Source of the DNA: an uncultured Ruminococcus sp.
Lineage (GTDB): Bacteria > Bacillota > Clostridia > Oscillospirales > Ruminococcaceae
Length of the DNA: 64,000 nt
Reading direction: 5' to 3'
NCBI GenBank assembly: GCA_900543145.1
Contig: UQPZ01000002.1
Span: forward strand, 111,497 to 175,496
Shown: piece after piece, positions 59,052 through 64,000 of the stretch
How the letters are laid out: the number at the start of each line of letters is the position of its first letter
How positions within the stretch are numbered: position 1 is the stretch's first letter
Position numbers and translations under genes: made by a program
Notes under the pieces: generated by a model
Databases searched by the model: none
What the model saw: only the letters and a program-made list of their open reading frames with translations
Told to the model about the DNA's origin: nothing

Positions 59052-59489
59052 ATGGATAATATAACGGACGGCTCTGAGATCGAGCAAAAACATATTCTGA
59101 CCTTTTACTGCGGCGGCGGTAAATACGCTTTTGATATAATGTCGGTAAGGGATATTATAGAAATACCGCCTATTACCCGTCTGCCTTTAACGGCAGATTA
59201 TATCGAAGGCGTTATCAACCTTAGGGGAAAGGTTATTCCGGTAATGAATTTTAACAAGCGGCTGGGACTTTCGGAGGGCGTCTATACAGATAAGAGCTGT
59301 GTTATCGTGGTTGAGTCAAACGGCTCTCCCTACGGAGTTATAGTTGAAAGGACCGGAGATGCGTCGGTATACAGTTCCGTACAGTTTGCTCCGTCACCTG
59401 TGGAAAATTCCTTTATATCAGGTTATATCGTTCAGGACGCAGAGCGTACTCCGCTGATAGATTCTGTGCGTCTTGCGGAAAATGAATAG
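59052..59489 (+). CDS. cheW: Chemotaxis coupling protein CheW
   Basis: 145-aa CheW-like domain, 3 bp after cheA. Confidence 0.8.
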   Translation: MDNITDGSEIEQKHILTFYCGGGKYAFDIMSVRDIIEIPPITRLPLTADYIEGVINLRGKVIPVMNFNKRLGLSEGVYTDKSCVIVVESNGSPYGVIVERTGDASVYSSVQFAPSPVENSFISGYIVQDAERTPLIDSVRLAENE

Positions 59490-59507
59490 AAAAAGGAGGG
59501 CGGCTAT

Positions 59508-60347
59508 ATGCCTATGAAGCTTAGCGACGGCGATTTTAAACGGCTTGCGGGGATCATAAAAGCAAAATATGGGCTTAATTTATTTGAAAAGAAATTTCTT
59601 GTTGAAAGCCGTCTTACAAACTATGTGCTAGACAGCGGCTTCAATGACTTTTCAGAATATCTTGAAGCTGTTTACTGTGACCGTTCTGGAAACGAAATGG
59701 CAAATATTATAAACCGTCTTACTACAAATTACACATATTTTATGCGGGAAACCGACCATTTCAGGCATTTCTGTGATGTCTTTCTGAAAAGTGCCGCTGA
59801 GTCACGCAGCAGCGGAGAGCTTTCGATCTGGAGCGCAGGCTGCTCTTTCGGGAACGAGCCGTATAATTTCGCTATGTGCGCCGATGATTTCTTCGGAAGC
59901 TCAAAGTATTTATGGGATACGAGAATACTGGCAACGGATATTTCCTTTAATGCCTTGAGGTCGGCTAAGAACGGGGTTTATCCGGAGCAGTCGCTGAAAG
60001 CCGTACCGGAAATATGGGCCGAAAGGTATTTTACCCGACTGAGCAACGGAACGTATCAGGTAAAGGACAGTATTCGCCGTGACGTTGTATTTAAATACCA
60101 CAATCTTATGGACGAGATCAATTTTAAGAGAAAATTCGATCTTATTATCTGCCGTAACGTAATGATATATTTTGACGAGCCTACAAAATCACAGCTTTTA
60201 AGGCGTTTTTATGACGCAACAAACGACGGCGGCTATCTTTATATCGGCCATGCCGAGGTATGTACCGAACGGGATCTTTATATAAGGGAAGAGCCTGCGG
60301 TATACAGAAAGGTTTCATCCGGGAGGGAGGCGGACAGAAATGGCTGA
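59508..60347 (+). CDS. cheR: Chemotaxis protein methyltransferase CheR
   Basis: N-terminal all-alpha domain and a SAM-dependent MTase domain IWSAGCSFGNEPY. Confidence 0.85.
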   Translation: MPMKLSDGDFKRLAGIIKAKYGLNLFEKKFLVESRLTNYVLDSGFNDFSEYLEAVYCDRSGNEMANIINRLTTNYTYFMRETDHFRHFCDVFLKSAAESRSSGELSIWSAGCSFGNEPYNFAMCADDFFGSSKYLWDTRILATDISFNALRSAKNGVYPEQSLKAVPEIWAERYFTRLSNGTYQVKDSIRRDVVFKYHNLMDEINFKRKFDLIICRNVMIYFDEPTKSQLLRRFYDATNDGGYLYIGHAEVCTERDLYIREEPAVYRKVSSGREADRNG

Positions 60348-61362
60348 TAAAAAGGTACTGATCGTTGACGATTCACCGCTGTTCTGCCGTTTTGCAGAGA
60401 ATGTAGTGAATTCGGCGGAGGGTTTCTGTACCTGTTCGTCGGCAGGCAGCGCTTATGAGGCAAGGGATGAGATAGAGAAACTGAAGCCCGATCTTATAAT
60501 CCTTGATATAGAAATGCCGCGAATGAACGGACTTAGGTTTTTGGAGCAGCTTATGCCGCAGTATACAGTTCCGGTAATCGTCTGTTCCTGCAATAGGACC
60601 TACGCTTCAAGGGCTAATGAAGCAGGGGCGGCGGCTTTTTTATCAAAGCCTGACGAGGGCGGCTCGTATGAAAGCTTTAAGGAACAGCTTATTCAGAGTA
60701 TGAAGCTCGCTTCAAACCTGAAGCGAATAAAATGCAGAGGAAAATATTATCCTGTCAAGACAGGCGAACAGTACAGACAGGACAGCAGAATAATTGCCGT
60801 TGCCGGGTCAACGGGAAGTACAGAGGCTCTGCCGGAGATATTAAAGGCGTTTACGCCCTCAGTTCCTCCTGTTGCGGTAGTTCTTCATATGCCGGAGGGT
60901 TATACAAAGCTTTATGCCAGAAGACTTAATAATGAAACAAAGCTGTTTGTTACCGAAGCGCGTCATGGGCTTTATCTTGAAAAGGGAATGGCGGTAATTG
61001 CCCGTGGTGACAGTCATATGAAAATATTCAAAGACGAAAAGGGATATTTTGTTTCCTGCGATAAGGGAGCAAAGGTCTCGGGGCATTGTCCGTCGGCAGA
61101 CGTATTGTTTGAATCTGTGGCGCAGTGTGCCGGAAAGGACGCTGTAGGAGTTATTCTTACCGGAATGGGCGGCGACGGCGCAAAGGGTCTAAAGCTTATG
61201 AAGGAAGCCGGAGCATATAATATCGGTCAGAACGAACAGTCCTGTGTTGTTTACGGAATGCCCAAGGCGGCGTTTGAGATTGGCGCGCTCCATAAGCAGG
61301 CTCCGCTTGAGGATATTGCGGCTGAAATATATCTCAGGCTCAGAGAGCAGATCATCGTTTAG
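60340..61362 (+). CDS. cheB: Chemotaxis response regulator protein-glutamate methylesterase CheB
   Basis: Receiver domain VLIVDDSPLF...DIEMP plus a methylesterase domain with GSTGSTEA and GMGGDGAKG. Overlaps cheR by 8 bp. Confidence 0.9.
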   Translation: MADKKVLIVDDSPLFCRFAENVVNSAEGFCTCSSAGSAYEARDEIEKLKPDLIILDIEMPRMNGLRFLEQLMPQYTVPVIVCSCNRTYASRANEAGAAAFLSKPDEGGSYESFKEQLIQSMKLASNLKRIKCRGKYYPVKTGEQYRQDSRIIAVAGSTGSTEALPEILKAFTPSVPPVAVVLHMPEGYTKLYARRLNNETKLFVTEARHGLYLEKGMAVIARGDSHMKIFKDEKGYFVSCDKGAKVSGHCPSADVLFESVAQCAGKDAVGVILTGMGGDGAKGLKLMKEAGAYNIGQNEQSCVVYGMPKAAFEIGALHKQAPLEDIAAEIYLRLREQIIV

Positions 61363-61378
61363 AAGGGCAGGTGTTATT

Positions 61379-61867
61379 ATGGAAAATGAAAGAATCGGAA
61401 AATATCTGATGTTCCTTTCAGGCGGAAAAAAGTTTGCGCTGGCGTTTGAGGATATAAAGTCTATAATAGTTGCTGAGAAAATGCATGAGATCCCCGAATT
61501 TCCTTACTACTTTGCCGGGGTATGCACTGCGGACGGAAAAGCTGTTCCGGTTATAGATTCGCGGCTCAGATTCGGTTTTCCGAAGGGGGAGATAACGGAC
61601 AGGAGCTGTATAATTATTTCATATGCTCACAGGGAAAGCGGAGGACAGTTTGAAATAGGGATACTTACCGACACGATCTCCGTAATGACAGATGTTCCCG
61701 ATAAAAACGTAGAGCCGTGCTTTAAAATTTCCGAGGAGGCTTATACAAGGTATCTCAAGGGTGTATTTGTACAGGACGGTGAACCTTGTTATATAGTAAG
61801 TCCCGATCTGATGATAAACGAAAGCGACAGGGCGATGGCGGCGGAAAAAGCGGATAATGGCAGATGA
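61379..61867 (+). CDS. Second CheW-like coupling protein
   Basis: CheW-domain pattern starting MENERIGKYLMFLSGGKKFALAFEDI. The track ORF starts at 61244 inside cheB. Confidence 0.7.
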   Translation: MENERIGKYLMFLSGGKKFALAFEDIKSIIVAEKMHEIPEFPYYFAGVCTADGKAVPVIDSRLRFGFPKGEITDRSCIIISYAHRESGGQFEIGILTDTISVMTDVPDKNVEPCFKISEEAYTRYLKGVFVQDGEPCYIVSPDLMINESDRAMAAEKADNGR

Positions 61868-61873
61868 TATGAA

Positions 61874-61920
61874 CAGGGCGGCTTTACATTTTGCAAAGCC
61901 GCCCTGTTTTAAGTTCGATC
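61874..61920. terminator. Bidirectional Rho-independent terminator
   Basis: CAGGGCGGCTTT-acattttgc-AAAGCCGCCCTG followed by TTTTAAGTT. Confidence 0.75.
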
Positions 61921-61926
61921 TCGGAT

Positions 61927-62220
61927 TCAGTCGTTATACATTATCGCAGCTGAAATACCGTTTATAAATCCTACTATTAGTCCTGACACAGTATAGAATA
62001 TTTCCTTGGGGATTCCGGCAAGTACGGATATAATTCCGAAAATAAGAACAAACCCCGCCATTCCGCCAATTTGAATAAGAAACTTATGCTTTTCGATAAA
62101 AGGAAAGCGCTGGGTCAGCTTTTTTGCCTTTTCTCCGCTTCGGTCGATAATTCTGTAAATAGCGTAGGACAGACACATAGGTATACCTATAAACACTATT
62201 GCGGATATGATTTCGATCAT
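61927..62220 (-). CDS. Small integral membrane protein (97 aa, 3 TM helices)
   Basis: Hydrophobic ORF with flanking terminators. Confidence 0.4.
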   Translation of the reverse strand: MIEIISAIVFIGIPMCLSYAIYRIIDRSGEKAKKLTQRFPFIEKHKFLIQIGGMAGFVLIFGIISVLAGIPKEIFYTVSGLIVGFINGISAAIMYND

Positions 62221-62313
62221 AAATATACTATCTCCCGTTTATCCTGAAAAAAGCTGTTCCGCAGAAGCTATTGACCTGCGGAACAGCTTTACTGCTGTTA
62301 TTTTTATTGTATA

Positions 62314-63468
62314 TTAAAGAATCCTTACGTTAACAACACCGTCTACAGCCTTTATAGCCTCGATGTCAACATCGCCGTTTACGTCCAGCATTGTATAAGC
62401 CCAATCCTTCTTTGACTTGTTTACAAGGTTTTCAATATTTGCGCCCTTATCGGAAACAGCGGCGGTTACCTGAGTTATAATAGCCGGAGTATTCTTATGC
62501 AGTACGCATACCAAAGCGTCGCCTGTCTTTGCAAGCTCTGCGTTAGGGAAGTTTACGGAATTCTTTATTGTTCCGTATTCAATGTAATTTATAAGCTCGT
62601 TTGCCGCCATAACTGCGCAGTTGTCCTCAGATTCTTCAGTAGAAGCGCCGAGATGAGGGATAGCGACGATATTCTCAACGCCGAGGACCTCATCACAGGG
62701 GAAGTCAACGATATATCTTGCAACCTTGCCGCTGTTTACAGCTTCAACGATTGCTTCAGAATTTACAAGCTCTCCTCTTGCAAAGTTCATAAGTCTTACG
62801 CCGTCTTTGCAGAGTGCGATAGTATCCTTATTGATCGTATCCTTAGTTTCGGAGTTATAGGGAAGATGAAGCGAGATATAATCAGCGTTAGCGTAGATAT
62901 CGTTTATATTGGCAGTAACCTTTACCTGAGGCTTCAGGCTGAGAGCTGCGCCTACCGAAAGGAACGGGTCGTAGCCGATTACGTCCATGCCAAGTGAAAT
63001 TGCGATATTTGCGATCTTTCCGCCTATAGCGCCCAGACCGATAAGACCGAGAGTTTTGCCCATTATCTCGCAGCCTGCAAAATTGCTCTTTCCTTTTTCA
63101 ACCATTTTGCCGACCTCTGCTCCGTTTCCTTTAAGTCCCTGAGCCCACTGCATAGCCTCGGGAATCTTTCTTGAAGCCATAAGCAGACCGCAGATAGCAA
63201 GCTCCTTTACAGCGTTTGCGTTAGCTCCGGGAGTATTGAAAACAACGATTCCCTGCTCTGCACACTTGTCAACAGGAATATTGTTTACGCCTGCGCCTGC
63301 TCTTGCAATTGCAAGAAGATTAGAACCGAATTCCATATCATGCATTTTAGCGGAACGAACCATGATAGCGTCAGGAGCTGTGCAGCTGTCGCTGACTGAA
63401 TATTTTGCCGTATCAAACTTATCTGTGCCTACTGCGGCTATCTTATTAAGCGTCATAATATTATACAT
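62314..63468 (-). CDS. serA: D-3-phosphoglycerate dehydrogenase
   Basis: NAD-binding GLIGLGAIGG, a 2-hydroxyacid dehydrogenase catalytic region and a C-terminal ACT domain. Confidence 0.85.
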   Translation of the reverse strand: MYNIMTLNKIAAVGTDKFDTAKYSVSDSCTAPDAIMVRSAKMHDMEFGSNLLAIARAGAGVNNIPVDKCAEQGIVVFNTPGANANAVKELAICGLLMASRKIPEAMQWAQGLKGNGAEVGKMVEKGKSNFAGCEIMGKTLGLIGLGAIGGKIANIAISLGMDVIGYDPFLSVGAALSLKPQVKVTANINDIYANADYISLHLPYNSETKDTINKDTIALCKDGVRLMNFARGELVNSEAIVEAVNSGKVARYIVDFPCDEVLGVENIVAIPHLGASTEESEDNCAVMAANELINYIEYGTIKNSVNFPNAELAKTGDALVCVLHKNTPAIITQVTAAVSDKGANIENLVNKSKKDWAYTMLDVNGDVDIEAIKAVDGVVNVRIL

Positions 63469-63617
63469 ATTGATCTACCTCATTTCATTAAATAAACGAC
63501 GGGTGACGAAAAGCCACCCATCTGTTTTTATCAGGTTATTATCCTATCACAGCCAGAACAAAGCATATGGAAATAATTCCGATCCCGTTCAATGCTTTGC
63601 GCCCGATCTGATTGAAG

Positions 63618-64000
63618 CTATGCGTTTTCAGCCTCAAATTTTTTCATGAATTCAACAAGCTTTTCCACGCCCTCGATAGGCATAGCGTTATAAATAGAAG
63701 CTCTCATTCCGCCGACTGTTCTATGACCCTTGAGGTTTTCTAAACCTGCTGCCTTTGCTTCCTTGACAAATTTAGCGTCAAGTTCAGCGTTTCCTGTAAC
63801 GAACGGTACATTCATAAGCGATCTGTCCTTAGGCTCAACAGTGCCCTTGAACATTTTGCTCTGGTCGAGGAAATCGTAAAGGATTTTTGCTTTCTTTTCA
63901 TTGTGAGCCTTCATAGCTTCAAGACCGCCCATTTTCTTGATCCACTTGAAAACCTTGCCGCAGATATATATACCATAGCACGGAGGAGTGTTATAAAGAG
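63618..64000 (-). CDS. serC: Phosphoserine aminotransferase, C-terminal part; the gene continues beyond the window end
   Basis: C-terminus ...[35 protein letters not shown] is typical of SerC. The frame stays open to position 64000. Confidence 0.8.
   Translation of the reverse strand, partial: LYNTPPCYGIYICGKVFKWIKKMGGLEAMKAHNEKKAKILYDFLDQSKMFKGTVEPKDRSLMNVPFVTGNAELDAKFVKEAKAAGLENLKGHRTVGGMRASIYNAMPIEGVEKLVEFMKKFEAENA

Overview
Origin-proximal chromosomal region of a low-GC Gram-positive bacterium, most likely a Clostridia-type Firmicute with about 45-50% GC. Almost all of the window is conserved housekeeping. It carries the partition locus: a divergently placed ParB/Noc-like paralog, parA, a second parB, and four identical perfect parS palindromes. 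It also carries serS, mnmE-mnmG-rsmG, alr, the rimP-nusA-ylxR-ylxQ-infB-rbfA-nrnA-truB-nudC-ribF-gltX block, a GldA/F/G-like ABC module with a DUF4340 partner, cobO-cbiB, zapA, a U32 peptidase, dut, a cheA-cheW-cheR-cheB-cheW cluster, and serA-serC. The unusual content is concentrated in the first 15 kb. (1) parA and parB are split by a 2 kb insert carrying a DUF3795 Cys-rich protein and an rRNA-methylase-family MTase. (2) A previously undescribed family of tandem repeats of about 112 bp, rich in CGCTCG and CCGCGG motifs, forms arrays at three loci, 7.25-7.79 kb, 8.90-9.11 kb and 14.89-15.10 kb. Every array begins exactly at the stop codon of the upstream gene and supplies its last codons. (3) Two 53 bp direct repeats containing parS bracket a 2.3 kb module of a lipoprotein plus a secreted C39-like peptidase. 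(4) An AT-rich islet holds a lipoprotein gene, a 54-aa ORF and a truncated duplicate of the lipoprotein 5' end. (5) Further along, an AT-rich PD-(D/E)xK-like small gene is translationally coupled to an amidohydrolase, and there is an orphan class-I fumarate hydratase alpha subunit. No rRNA, tRNA, CRISPR array or IS transposase is visible.
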